DNA of 64,000 nt from the human T2T-CHM13v2.0 reference genome, Homo sapiens, in the NCBI RefSeq assembly GCF_009914755.1, contig NC_060940.1. One strand, given 5' to 3'. Of the stretch, positions 42,456-58,860 are shown piece by piece. The notes beneath the pieces are model-generated. The model ran no database searches and had not been told where the DNA came from. It saw nothing but the letters and a program-made list of their open reading frames with translations. Numbering within the stretch: the first letter of the stretch is position 1; each line of letters begins with the position of its first letter. A program made the position numbers and the translations under genes.

Positions 42456-43259
42456 CATAATTTATTTTGAGTTTCCATAGTATTCGAATCTGTTTATATA
42501 AAGTGAATTCTGTGTGCCTATAACTTAAATATTATCAATTTAGGTAGCAAAACATGCTAGTTTTAAAATAAACAGATGTTTTCTATCCAAGGATAAAGAA
42601 AAGGCAATAAAGAAAATAGAACACATCAAGTAGCCACACCTAGCATTATTTCAAGAAGAAAAAGGTTTCCCTATGGAATTATTAATTCCACTGCAGAATT
42701 CAGTAGGCATTAGCAACATACAAACTCATTTTTATACTTACAACATATATTAAAATTGACTTTAATTAGGTTGCTAGGTAATCATAAGATTCTATTATAT
42801 AACACAGTACTTTTGAACTTTCTCCCTACTTGTCTAATAGCAGATACTTTAATGCCTTTTTAAGGTGCCTTTCTCAGTCTCAGAAATCAGCCTCCATGCT
42901 GAGTCAACCTAGCTTAACTCTGTTCCCACCACCTCAATCTGAAGTTTAACTTATATCTCTTAATAGTTTATTTACAAGAATGCTTTTTCTTAGACAGTTT
43001 TCTACACTATCCTTTTAAAATCTATCCTTTAAGTTTTCCCAATCAATTAGCAATTCTAGCTCTTTCTCAAACAAGGGATGGAAGGCAATTAATATCACAA
43101 TCTTCTCTACTTATACTCATTTCTACTAAACAACAAATTTGGATTAAAGGTGCATTCTTGAAAGAAATTTAGAGCATTGGAGAATTTTCAAAATAATGTC
43201 AAATAAGATGTAAGCTCCCCATAGAAAGAAATGTATTGTCATGTTTAGAGTCCACAGGA

Positions 43260-43863
43260 CTATATTAGCAAATTAATTACTGTTTTAATGACTTGCTTCC
43301 CTACAGCGGGAGACTGGATTATTTCTCCCAATTTTTCACTTGCATAGGATTTTACATCCAGATCCTCTGTTTTGTAAGTCTGTACCGCCTCCTGCTATAA
43401 ACTGAGTATACACCCGGCTCCGCTGACGTTGAGCAAATCAAGATAGCAAAAGAGATGAAAAGCAAGCACTGCAGTCCACATTTGCAGTTAATTGAGTCTC
43501 CATGGATGATGTCATTCCTTCCTAAGAGGTGCAGTACTGTGTGCTTAGTAATACTGTTAATGTAACATAATATAATATAGGCCACTGACATGCTCAGGCC
43601 AATGGAGTTTTAGGAGATACAATATGAGCAGAGGATTTAAATGTGCCTGGGTAGTTTGGCCTGTATTCCTGCACCCCTGCCATTCCCCATGAGAACATGG
43701 TAGTACAAAGAAAAGAGACATGTGGACCAGACCTGAACTTAACCCTCAACCTGTAGCCTGAAGCAAAGCCATCTCGAATAACCCATGGGAAAGAAAAACA
43801 AGCCTCGAGTTAAGCCCATGAAAGTTTGAGGGTGTCTGTTATGAAGAAAAAATGACTAATATA
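43260..43863 (+). mobile_element. MLT1-type (MaLR) solo LTR, interrupted by an inverted insertion
   Basis: gagtatac...gacgttgagc / ggccactgacatgctcaggccaatgg, agagacatgtggaccagacctg, ending taagcc...tgttatg...gactaata. Confidence 0.65.
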
Positions 43864-44109
43864 TCTATCAAACAAATAAAATAAAAATATCAAAGCCTTT
43901 AAATTAGAACCTGTAACAGCTATGATCTAAAATTAGTGAATTATATTGGAAAGCACAGAGCACTACTGTACCTTTCATGAAGAAATGACATAATCCATGG
44001 AGACACAAAAGTGCAAATCTGGACACCAGTGCTTGCTTTTCATCTCTTTTGCTATCTTGATTTGCAACTGACTATAAATGCGTCTTATTTTTGCATTCAT
44101 TCATTCATT

Positions 44110-44398
44110 TAGTTTTGAGATAGAGTCTTGTTCTGTTGCCAGGCTGAAGGGCAGTGGCACCATTATGGCTCAATACAGCGTCCACCTCTTGGGCTTAACT
44201 GATCCTCCTGCCTCAGCCTCCCTAGTAGCTGAGACTAAAGGTATGTGCCATGATAGCTGGTTAATTTTTTAAAATTTTATTGTACAGACCGGGTCTCGCT
44301 ATGTTGCCTAGGCTGATCTCAACTTCTGGTCTCAAGTGATCTTCCTGCCTCACCTGCCCAAAGTGCTGGGACTGCAGGCATGAGCCAGTATGCCCAGC
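44110..44398 (-). mobile_element. AluJ-like
   Basis: Diverged dimer. Confidence 0.88.
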
Positions 44399-46065
44399 TT
44401 TTTCCTAGGTTTAGTTTCTCTATGCAGAAAGAAAAGATGACAGAATAGGAATGCCGTAAAAACAAGGTTATGATGTTAGGTCTTTGAGATTCATGGAACC
44501 AAATCGCTATGAAGAATTGTTAAGCATAATTGTGACAATTAATTTCAGAAATTTAGAGGGGTTTTTAGAATCCAAGAACACAGTGGTGATTTAGAGGAAC
44601 AGAAGAGAGAGAACGAAATATAAAATACAAAGGAGTATTTTATACTACCCGGGGAATGGTGGGTGCATCAATAATGTCAGAATAAATGAACTCGAGAAAG
44701 TAAATAAAAATAATAAATAAATAAAAAGAAAACACTATGCTTCAGCACTCAGTCATGTGATAAAGAACCAATGAACAGAAATCTCAAGGAACGAAAACAG
44801 ATGCAGGTGCTGATTCGGGTTTGGTTCTCATACTGCACCATTCTCATTATGTCCCAATTAAACCACTTCATCAGATATAGTACATCTATTTCCACAAAAC
44901 TTTAAGTGCAGACAGGCTCACTTGTCTCTAATCCTAGAAGATGAATAGCATGAGGAATAACACCCATAATTACTAAAATAAGATAAAACTGAGGATTTTT
45001 TTTCTTCCTCTTTGGTAATAATTAGTGAAATAATGCTCTGAGATGATCCCAAGAAATTAGCCAACAAGTATATATTGAATAATGATGATGAACTCAAAAT
45101 TGTGCTAGGCATTGTTGCAGGATACAAAGACAACATTCTATCTGGTCTCTAATCTCAAGTTGTTTACAATCCAGTTATACAGTTAAAATAGCGAAATCAA
45201 ACAAGCAAGAGGAGGGACTTGAGATAGGCCTAAAGAATTAGAAGAGTGATCTCCAAAAAGGAGTGGAGTGATTCCTCAAGGAAGAAGTTACATGATCCCT
45301 TGGGGGTCAGGAAGAAAATAACAGAGCTTCTGTTTTTAAAAAAGCTTATCCTTTAATTTATGTTTTAACGTATTTTTATAATGCATATAACATGGGTGTA
45401 ACTAATATTTTATGAGTATGTATCTACTGGGGGAATGGTTACTGATTTTTCAAATGATAGGAAGAACATGACCAAGATAGAGGAAAAAAACTTCTTCTCA
45501 TCATTAAGATTCCTACCTCTACCTGCATTCTTCAAACCAGGGGCAAAGTGCTGGCTCCTAGCCTGTGGAGGCATCAAATTAGAAGCTGAGCTATGTCACA
45601 TTATCAGCTACTCCTTATCTGGAGATAGAAGTCTGGGCTTCAAAAAGAAGGATCTCTTACATCAAGTATTTACTCATTGGAAATAAAACTGTCCTCTTAC
45701 TATGGAAAACTGTAAGAAAAAAAGTTATGAAAAGTATAATAAATAGCTGCTAATTTAATGACCAAATATGAGAGAAATGATTCCTGACATTGCATATATT
45801 AGTATCAATAAGTAAACTATTATAAACAGAAGAATGAGAAAATGAAGAGAATTTAGCACATCCCCATCCCAATGCATCAGTGACTAAAACAGAGAAGGAA
45901 CTTGGGTAATGCTGTATAAATGATACAGCAAACAAAGGCAGTAAAGGGAAAAGCACCAAGTACTTGGAGACACCTGCTTGACTTCAATAAAGAACATGAT
46001 GAGTGTATCAGGAAATGGTTAAAAAACAAAACAAAAAACCTCACAAAAAACAGAAAACAAAAAAG

Positions 46066-46320
46066 AACCCTGCCACTTTTCTATAGTAGTTAGCAATAGA
46101 AGTGTGTGACTTTAGGTACATCACTTAACTTCTCTAAACCCCTAACAACAGGCTTTGAACTAGAGTGGGAATCCATGAACAGGCTTTGGGAGTCTGAGAT
46201 ATCCTGAAATTGAACGCAAGCATTTGTGTGTATGTATATTTTTCTGAGAAGAATATCCACAACAGCTATCACCATCTCAAAAAGATCCACGAGACAAGAA
46301 AAAATTAAGAAATACTGGTC
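46066..46320. mobile_element. MIR fragment followed by a hAT-Charlie-like remnant
   Basis: tgtgactttaggtacatcacttaacttctct (MIR core); atccatgaacaggc...aaaattaagaaatactg. Confidence 0.5.
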
Positions 46321-48648
46321 AAACATTGGTTGCGGTTCTTTCCAGCTTTATGAGTCCATAAAATCTGAGATGTGGAATTTAAAAATGTACTTACTGAATT
46401 TCAAGTTTTTTTAATGCAGATAATTTGTATATTATGATGGTTACTACTGTTTCACCTTAATCTCTCCTAGTCAAAGTCACAACAAACAGGTTTCAGAATA
46501 AACTACTGAAAAGCTTGAGTCTGAATGTTCTCAAATCAACTACCGCATTCACTTAGGAGGAAGGTTTTTACAGAAAGTCTGGAACTATGATTTCCCCAAG
46601 GTGAACAGGCTGAGTTAATGAGTCTGGAAGGAGAAATTAAAGGATTCATAAAGCTATCTTGGAAGGTGTCCCAGTTTCTGAAACAGAAATGCTTGGGAGT
46701 TGGATGTTGTCTAAAATATGGAACATTCTACAGTTTCCACTGAAGCTGAACTACATCAGATCACATAAAGGAATAGGGTCCTTTTTCTAAGATAACTGGT
46801 ACTAAATTAAGTGACAACCGACTTTGTTTTTGAATCCCTCAGGAGAAAACAAACAAAAGATGCCAACAGTATCAGTGCTTTTACAGCCTTAGAAAAATTT
46901 GAAGTCACGCGATAACCTAATGCCTCCTTTCAATTGGAGACACTCTGCTGCAGTATTAAGTCAAGTCTTCTGGGAGTTTATTCATTAAGAACCCAGTAAC
47001 TTCCCATCACACGAACACTTCATTTATTAACCTTGTCCAAAGCCCCAATGACAATGAAGATAATGTAGCTGGTCTCTAACAAAATAAACCCAATCTTTTA
47101 CCCCCGGGAAACTCTCCTGAGCAAGTCTAAATGCAATCTCGATCCTCAGGTTTAGAACTGCTTTCCTCTTAGTGCCTTATTCTGGCTCTATCAGAATTTA
47201 TTTTTCTTATTTGTACCCAGGGATAGTGGCTGAGTATTGTTTTTCCAAAAGGACAGTGATCAGCACAGGCTTTATGCCTTCCAACAATGTTCTGATTCAC
47301 TAAAGAGTTGTAGCTGCTTTTATTTAAGTCTTTAGCATTCAACTACCTTTTCAAAAAGGAGTTACTGTACAGGTCCAACGGGAGATTTTGAGATTTTTTT
47401 TTTTTTTTTTTTCTTAAAAAGACATGAGATACAGAAGCTGGCTCTCAAGTGCATATCTAATCATCATACAAGGCTGAATGTGGAGTTTTTAGGGGGAAAG
47501 GAGGACTTGATATTTTAAAGAAGGAAAAAAGCACCAATAACCCTATGAGATGAGTATGGCAATAAAGTCAGTCAGAGAAAGTTTCATGGAGGGTACATTT
47601 GAATTAAGTCTTATAGGCGGTTGTGGTTTGGTTAAGGATGCTGTGTGCAGGCTGAGGCAGATGAGAGGTAGGCTGTGAAAGGTGGAGCACTAGGCTGTGG
47701 GTGGCATTGAAAAGGCACATTCTGTGCCGATGGCTGAGAAAGTGAGGGACCCCATGACAATCACTCCTAGGCTTATTCATTTGGCATCTCCTAATACGTG
47801 CTAGGACAACTACAAGTCTTTAGTAAAAATCCAACATTGGTCCAATAATGGTTTCTCATAGTTCAAATTAAGATGTCATGCTAAACACAGTGTCATAATT
47901 TGATTTACTTTTATTACTTGTGTGCTTCCCAAGTGGACGGTGGGATAACAGTTGTCAAATATTATATAGTTACTCCTATAGGAACACGTTAAGTTTTAAA
48001 GATAGACGGGGAAAGACCCTCACAGACAAATTAGAGCTCATTTATCCCTGGTTCTTAAAAGGTCTCACATAAATATAGAACAGTGAGTGGGCTATGTTGA
48101 CGTTAAAACTTGTCTTGTACCTTTAAAATGAAAAATCTCCTCAAAGCCCTTTAATTCTAATAAAATAAAAGGGTATACGTATTTTACAGTGGGAATTAGC
48201 AGAATGACTCAGAGAGCATACTTACGCATAGGTATAAATATACTGACAGGACTTTTAGCTTTGTCAAGTACTAATTAAGTCATCTTCAGTGAGGTTATAT
48301 CCCTATTCTGAAAATATGAAAACACAGAGCAATCGCTAATTACTCAAAACCACTGCTTTGGACCTAATGGTTGACCTCCCTCCATCTCCCAAAAAAGACT
48401 GAGTAACTCCTGACTCCCTGACAGAAAGATCCATCTCTCTAGAGAAGATGCTCTGCCCCAAACTTTACTTTGAGAAGTCAAATTACATCTTAGTTTTAAG
48501 AAAACTCTAACACTAGTTAAACTGACCAAGTGGAAACACTCAAATTAGTATAATTTCTCATCTTCTATGCCCAAAGCAGGAAATAAAAAATAACAAATAA
48601 GAATATAGTTCATGGTTGACCTGTGAGTGAAAAAATAAACAAATACAA

Positions 48649-48851
48649 ATATATATATTTTATATATTATATATATATTATATATATTATATATATATAT
48701 TTTATATATATATTATATATATATTTTATATATATATTTTATATATATATTTTATATATATATTATATATATATTTTATATATATATTTTATATATATAT
48801 ATTATATATATATTTTATATATATATTTTATATATATATATTATATATATA
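48649..48851. repeat. ~200-bp pure A/T interrupted (TA)n low-complexity repeat
   Basis: Units such as TATATATATTT/TATATATATTA with no G or C. Confidence 0.95.
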
Positions 48852-49743
48852 CATAGCAATTTAGTTATTGAACAAAAACTGAATCATTACATTATGGCAA
48901 ATGTAATGACTTTTACATTGGATTATAATATTTATTAATCCATGAATATAAAAATACATAAATTTTATAAAGTATTAAATGTAAATTTTGAAGTATAAAC
49001 TGTAAATTTTATAAAATGTAAATTACAAAAACATGTAATTTTTTTCTACCGTGTATAAAAAAATGTAAATTCTTTCCTTATATTTCCCATTTATTTTACT
49101 ACCAGGAATTAGAAACAAGGTGCTCATAAACTATAGGAGATAGGCCATCCCTTTAGGGAAACATTTAGAGATATTTCTTTTCATATACAGAGCTCAACCA
49201 ATCTTTTCATCAAATTCCCATCTGGGACTGCCTAACATTTAAGAAACGTAAGGATTGTCTTGCAATGACAAGAGTTTTTAAGTCTGCTGGGACTAAAAAT
49301 CATCCCCATGACAGTCTACTATCTGAAAATTTTTTCCTCCCACCACTCATTTTTTCTCCCTAGGAGATGACTTAGAAATCTAGAATACAGTTTGGTGCTG
49401 GTGTTAACCATTTTTACCTAAATTATGGGGGAAGGAAACAGAGTCAGGCACTCTATCAAATGCTTGTTCAGATTCCACTTTGGCATCGAGGGGAAGAACC
49501 TTGGACAGGTTTATCCCTTTGGCTCCTAGCCACGGCAGGCACACAGCTATCAAGAGATAAAAGGCCTTGTTTTCACTGCTCAGCTGCCTGAATAAAGTCA
49601 GTTACGGTGTCCACATGTAATGAAAGTGGCACTAATGTTTATAAACTGCTTTGTAGGAAATACATCAAAAAGGTCATATTTCTGAACTGTGAGGTTGTAA
49701 CTACCACACTACTACTACCGAAATACAGTATAAAAATTCTTCT

Positions 49744-50060
<317 letters not shown>

Positions 50061-51085
50061 TCATGGTATTTTTCACATCTCATAAAAGAAGATACAAGAT
50101 AACGGATCCCCTCAAGCTATCATGTTTGAGAGGCAAAATGGAAACAAGAATTCTGGAATAACAGCCAAAGACTTGGGTTTTGATTCCAGTTCCACTGCAC
50201 ATTTATCACATAACATTCTTTAAGCTTCAAATTTTGTGTAGATAAAAGAGGTAAATCCTGCTTTACCTACCTCATGGGGCTATTATAAGCATCAGGAGAA
50301 AAGTTATGTAGAAGGCCTTCAAATATTATAGAAGGCTTTGCAAATATATGCGACCACTAGCCTTTCATTCTCTGTATAAAATCTAACCATTTTAAACAAC
50401 AAAAACGTTACTGCTATCCAAGAGGCCATGCTTCATACAGGCAAAGAATAAGAATTCAAAATACATGACACACATGTTTTATTGTATGTGTATAGGTTAT
50501 TTCTGAAAGGATACCTAAAAAGGCTTATTTTTACTACATACTCTTTGCACTTTAAAATTTTTATACCATGTGTAAGAAAAGAAAAAAAAAGGTCATTCCA
50601 GTTTAGGATATACACAGACACCTCAGAAAATATTTAGAATACATCTTCATGACTGGGAAAGCAGGGGAGTTTAATGATACACTTTCCCAGTTCATATTTT
50701 CCTATTTTTCCCCCTTCCACTGTCTATTTCAAAGGGGTGGTGGCAGGGAGGAAATATATATTTACATCCTCTGGGACACAGCAGGTAGCAATCTGCCCTC
50801 TTAGAGTCCTAGACTGACAGTTCTACTCTAAGAAAAGCACATGAACCATCTGATGATCTGGTTTGAATAGTATAGCTAACTTTTACATGGGAGTTTTAGA
50901 ATGCAGGGTGAAAAAAATTATCTGAAGGGCACTGTATGAATAATGAACAGAATTATCAACTTTGATATGGCATCCTTTTATATTCTTTCTTTGCCCTGTC
51001 ACATGATTTGGAACAGCTGAACAAAGGTACAAATTTGTCAAATCAGTAGCTACTATAGCCAAATGCAAAGAAGAAAACTAGACTA

Positions 51086-51553
<468 letters not shown>

Positions 51554-53044
51554 CTAAAAGAAAAAATTTCCAGACATCTGACAATACCATTAATGTTTAC
51601 AACCAGTAAATCTGGAATGATTCTGTCAATGCAGCTCATACTACCAATCCAACTTTGTTACTTCTATAATTTTGAAAACAAAATACAAATGAGGGATGTA
51701 AGATTACATGATGCAAAAAAGTCCTGAAATTAAATATAATTTCTCACACCCCAGACCCGAGTACCTGCACATGCCACAACTCTTCCATACTGACCCGTGG
51801 TGAGTGCATTGTTTACTTGAACTGGCCTAAGCAAGAGCAAATAGGGCTGAGCTGCCAGAATGTGCTGAACTCTTTCTGTATAACCCAGTGCAAATTACTG
51901 GTGCTTCTGAAGAGTACAGCTTGGATTCAGGAAGTGGACTTCCATCTGAATTAAGACAGCACACTTCACTGCACAATTCTGAAAGATGCGTAGCTCAAAG
52001 AAAGAGACCAGGGCTAAATTGGGAAAAAAATTTAATATATTTTAAAAACAGAATCAGGCCAGGCTCAGTGGCACATGCCTGCAGTCTCAGCTACTTGGGA
52101 GGCTGAGGTGGACAGCTTTCTTAAGACCAGGAGTTGGAGGCAGTAATGTGTTATGTTAGAGCCTGTGAATAGCTACTGCACTCCAGCCTGGACAACACAG
52201 TGAGAACTTACCTCTAAAAAAACAGACAAAAAACTGAAATCTTCTGGGTTTGCAAATGTTAGTAATGTGCATAAAAATCTGATAAAATCCTCAAAAAGTC
52301 CCTACATTTCTTCTTGCTTAGATAACATCATTCTACAGTTGGTAGAAAAAAGGTATACATCAATAATTACCACTATATCAAACTATATTATAGTTTGGGA
52401 AATACGGATAAACTAATCTAAATATTAACAAAGATGCAATCTAAAAATTACCCATAATCTCCAAATCACATCTGTGCCTTTTAAAGTGCTAATTTTCTGT
52501 TATGAAATTAACTGATTTTGAAAACAAAGTACAAAGTACAAAAGACCGGGAGAATCCTGCTGATGGTACTCCACCTGAGCCAGTGATCACCACACGACCT
52601 GAACAAATTCTAATTCCCTGTGCTTCAGTGAGAATAGGGGGGAGATGGGATAAAAAGCAAGACAGCTTGACTCCAATTGATTGCAAATCTAATATGATTC
52701 CAGAAAAACAGATGACTACCTTTCCAAGGAAGGGAAAATATTGTTATAGAAATGGCTTGGAGAAGTGAAAGGAGATGGGCAGAACAGATGCAGATCCTTT
52801 TAGAATTACTGTTTTAAAACATCTCATAGGTATGTCAATGGTTGAAAATGTATTAGCTCCCTAATAAAGAATGTTCATCTCCATTAACGGAAAAACAAAG
52901 AAGACTCCTAAGTACTTCTAAGCATTCATTACTATACAATCTATAGGTCTGGCTATGCAGCACAAATTTTGGAAAGAGATCTGGGAACAAATTTGGGCTC
53001 TTCCAGGTACTAGCTGCAAGATCTTGGAAAAATTATTTAACATG

Positions 53045-53536
53045 TTTTTGTTTTGTTTTGTTGTTTTGAGACAGAGTTTCACTCTTGTTGCCCAGGCTGG
53101 ACTGCAATGGCACAATCTCGGCTCACCACAACCTCCACCTCCTAGGTTCACGCGAATCTCCTGCTTCGCGTGAGAATCTCCTGCACATGCAGGCGTGGTG
53201 GCATGTGCCACCAAGCCTGGCTAATTTTGTTTTTTGTTGTTGTTTGTTTGGTTGGTTTTTTGAAATGGAGTCTCACTCTGTTGCCCAGGCTGGAGTGCAA
53301 TAGCGTGATCACGGCTCACTGTAACCTCCGCCTCCCAGGTTTAGGCGACCCTCTTGCCTTACTTAGTCTTATGATTACAGGCGCGTGCCACCACGCCCAG
53401 CTAATTTTTGTACTTTATAGTAGAGACAGGGTTTGGCCATTTGGGCCAGGATGGTCTCAATCTCTTGACCTTGTGACCCTCCCACCTCGGCCTCCCAAAG
53501 TGCAGGGATTACAGGTGTGAGCCACCGCGCCCGGCC
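53045..53536 (-). mobile_element. Alu right arm (locally rearranged) plus full Alu
   Basis: Minus-strand Alu sequence. Confidence 0.88.
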
Positions 53537-53924
53537 ATTATTTAACATCTGTAAGCCTAAGTGGAGCAAAATACTTAAAGCACCTAGCACAATGCTAGTA
53601 GTAAGTATGTAATAAATATAATCTATAATTATAATAATAATTATTGCATACTTCTAGAAGAGTGTTAATTCTGCATTGCCCCAATCCCAAAATAAATCAA
53701 TCTCAAAAATAAGAAAAAAATACAAAAGAAGTGTTCTATTAAAGCCTCAACTTCAGGAATAAGTTTGCAGATATGTAGATTCTTGGCTACAGGAAGGCAA
53801 CTTCGGTTTAAATTACATCAATCACATTAGGATAAACTAGAAAAAAGGAATAAATTCAGGAAATTCTGGTGGAAAGATCTAATCCTAATGGAAAAACAGG
53901 ATTTAAATCACTCCACCAAGTATT

Positions 53925-54220
53925 CTTGTTTTTGTTGAGACAGGGTCTCGCTCTGTCACCCAGGCTAGAGTGCAGTGGTACAATCTCAGTTCACTGAAGC
54001 CTCAACCTCCCAGCCTCAAGTGACCCTCTCACCTCAGCCTCCCTAGTAGTTGGGACTACAGGTGCATGCCACTACACCTGGTTAATTTTTGTGTATTTTG
54101 TAGAGATGGGGTTTCACCATGTTGCCCAGGCTGGTCTCGCACTCCTAGGCTCAAGGGATCCACACACCTCAGCCTCCCAAAGTGCTGGGATTACCAGCAT
54201 GAGCCACACCATGCCTGACC
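53925..54220 (-). mobile_element. AluJ-like
   Basis: Diverged dimer; flanking repeat cactccaccaagt. Confidence 0.9.
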
Positions 54221-54907
54221 CACTCCACCAAGTTTTCCAAGCCCAGAAAAGTATGTGTGGAATTTCTGTCTGTTCCAGACCCTAGTCTTTCAATCTAATG
54301 TTTATACACAAATTTAAATTCAGATATCTATTTTGAATTTCATTTAGGTTTTTGTTTCTAAGTAAACATCAGAGGATTAGTTTGGGTTTTGTTCACCCAT
54401 GTCTTTTAAAGTTCTAAAGAACCTTTGTATCTGAGCTCAACTTTATATTTAAGTTCAACTGCTCAGATGCAGACATCTTTTAACATGCAAACAAACCAAG
54501 AGGGTATTGGTTAACTAAGGTCTCTTTTCTAAGTTTTACTTAGGAAATGTTTCATGCCTACCACTTCCAGTCAATATAATTCTCTCATCACATCAAACTC
54601 ATGTTGATTAATTTTGTAAAAGTAAATGTTTGTTACCAACCGGTCAACTTTAATAAAGCAAGATCAATGACTTCAATAACTCAGTTTAAATGTCATGCAT
54701 TTGTCTGAGTTTGTTACTGAAATCACCTGACAGTCACCTGTGAACAGGTAGTACAAAGCAGTATAAAAGGAAGTCCTGAGCTACATTACTATAATTCTTT
54801 CAAAGACGATCAGATCTTACCATAGTATCTTTGAAATCTTCATAATCATAATTACTGTTCTTCAGGAGAGTACTGGGAAATCTAATGTCTAAAACACAAG
54901 GCTTTGT

Positions 54908-55730
<823 letters not shown>

Positions 55731-57445
55731 TCAACTGGTTGCTAGAACTGTCCCCGCTTCCAGAACAAAGAAATGGTGCATAAGAATAGGAAGTTGACTT
55801 CCCTGGTTTAAGACAGTCTTTTATTATATCATTTTGGGGCCATAACAAATTCCTAAACTTTTCTGGTTTTGTTGTGTTCCCTTGCCTCCAAGGGGGATGT
55901 AGAGGTAGTGCCTCAATTAAACAAAAACAATTTCTATAAATGTAAATCACCTCATCGATCTTTTCCTTACTTTACCAATAACTTATTTAATACAATTATA
56001 CATCCTGTCCTTAAAGCTCAGAAAAACAAAAACAGAAAAAATGAAGAGTAGATCCTTTTTCCAAAGATGACTAATCACATTTCGCTTTAGAATTTAAGAT
56101 TAAGCAGATCTAGCTTACATAAGTAATTGCCTCCAAAATAGATCAGACACAACAAAAGTGTCTTGCATCTGTGTATTGGCTTAAGGCTCAGTTTCTATTT
56201 ATGACAAAGTATATATTTTTTCACATTTAGCATTCTTTTGGAATAGTGAGGAAACAACTCACAGGGTAAGACTATGGAATTGTTCATTCTAATTCCTGTT
56301 CTACCAGTTAATTTGTGCTATGTTTTGGAAGAAGCCAATCATTAATTGCATGAAAATGCTTTGAATGAAAGTGCTTTGAATTTGAGCTATGATGAAGAGA
56401 GAAAAAATACATTTTTTTCAACCTTTCTCCCATAAAAATTAGAGTCCTATCTTTCCAAACCCCTCTGACAAACTCTGATAGCATAATCACCAACTCACAA
56501 CGTTGACATCTGTGACAAATTTCCACTTCCATAGAGGGATCATTTCCACTGTCTCTGATACCAAAAGCTGTATCCTTTTGATATAAAGTATTCATTTAAT
56601 CCACTGATGATGGCTTAAAACAGTATTTTCAGAACAGAAGAATTCAGAAATAAAAAATCCAAAGTTGTTTGTTTGTTTTGAGATGGAGTCTCGCTCTGTT
56701 GCCCAGGCTGGAGCAGAGTGGCTCAGTCGCGGCTCACTGCAACTTCCACCTCTGCATTCAAACGATTCTCCTGCCTCAGCCTCCCGAGTAGCTGGGATAA
56801 TAGGCGTGCGCCACCAAGCCCAGCTACTATTTTTTTGTAAAGTCAATAGTCAATATCTATTTCTGGGTAAGAACTTGACTCACAACGAGCACTTTAGCTG
56901 CTCTGCATTCTAAAAATATCTGCCATAGGACACCAGAAAATAAGTATTCTGAACCTGTGTTCCAATTCTTACTTGGTAAAACCATAACATCACAAAGCAG
57001 GCAACGGCATAAATGATTTTGCTGGCATAAATCTGGCTCCAAATTATAGCTATCTTTAAATTCTTCCCGAAAATATCTGAATTCAAATGAAAAATCCTTG
57101 GTTGATCACAGAACCTCTGTAGCCTCTGGCAGAAGTTTTCTTCTTAAGATAACAGTCCAGACACTTATATCTAAGAAAGTTCTTTGAAGGCAGTAACCAC
57201 AGCTTGGCCTACCACACAATTCTAGGCATTCACTGGCATTCCATATGTTATTTGGTTGACAGAAATCTGACATCTAGGCTTCCAAAAACAGCTTACTGGG
57301 GTCAAAGTGACATCAACAGCTTCTCCCAAACAACTTCCTTCGTGGACAATTTTTCAGGACTTTTAGCCTCAATTTAAATCTCAATTCTCTAAAAATTCCC
57401 ATAAGACTATTAGATGATCAATTCTTAGACATAATACCAAACAGG

Positions 57446-58860
<1,415 letters not shown>

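Noticed and set aside
48623-48856. Ile/Tyr-rich ORF
   Set aside because: Translation of the TA repeat
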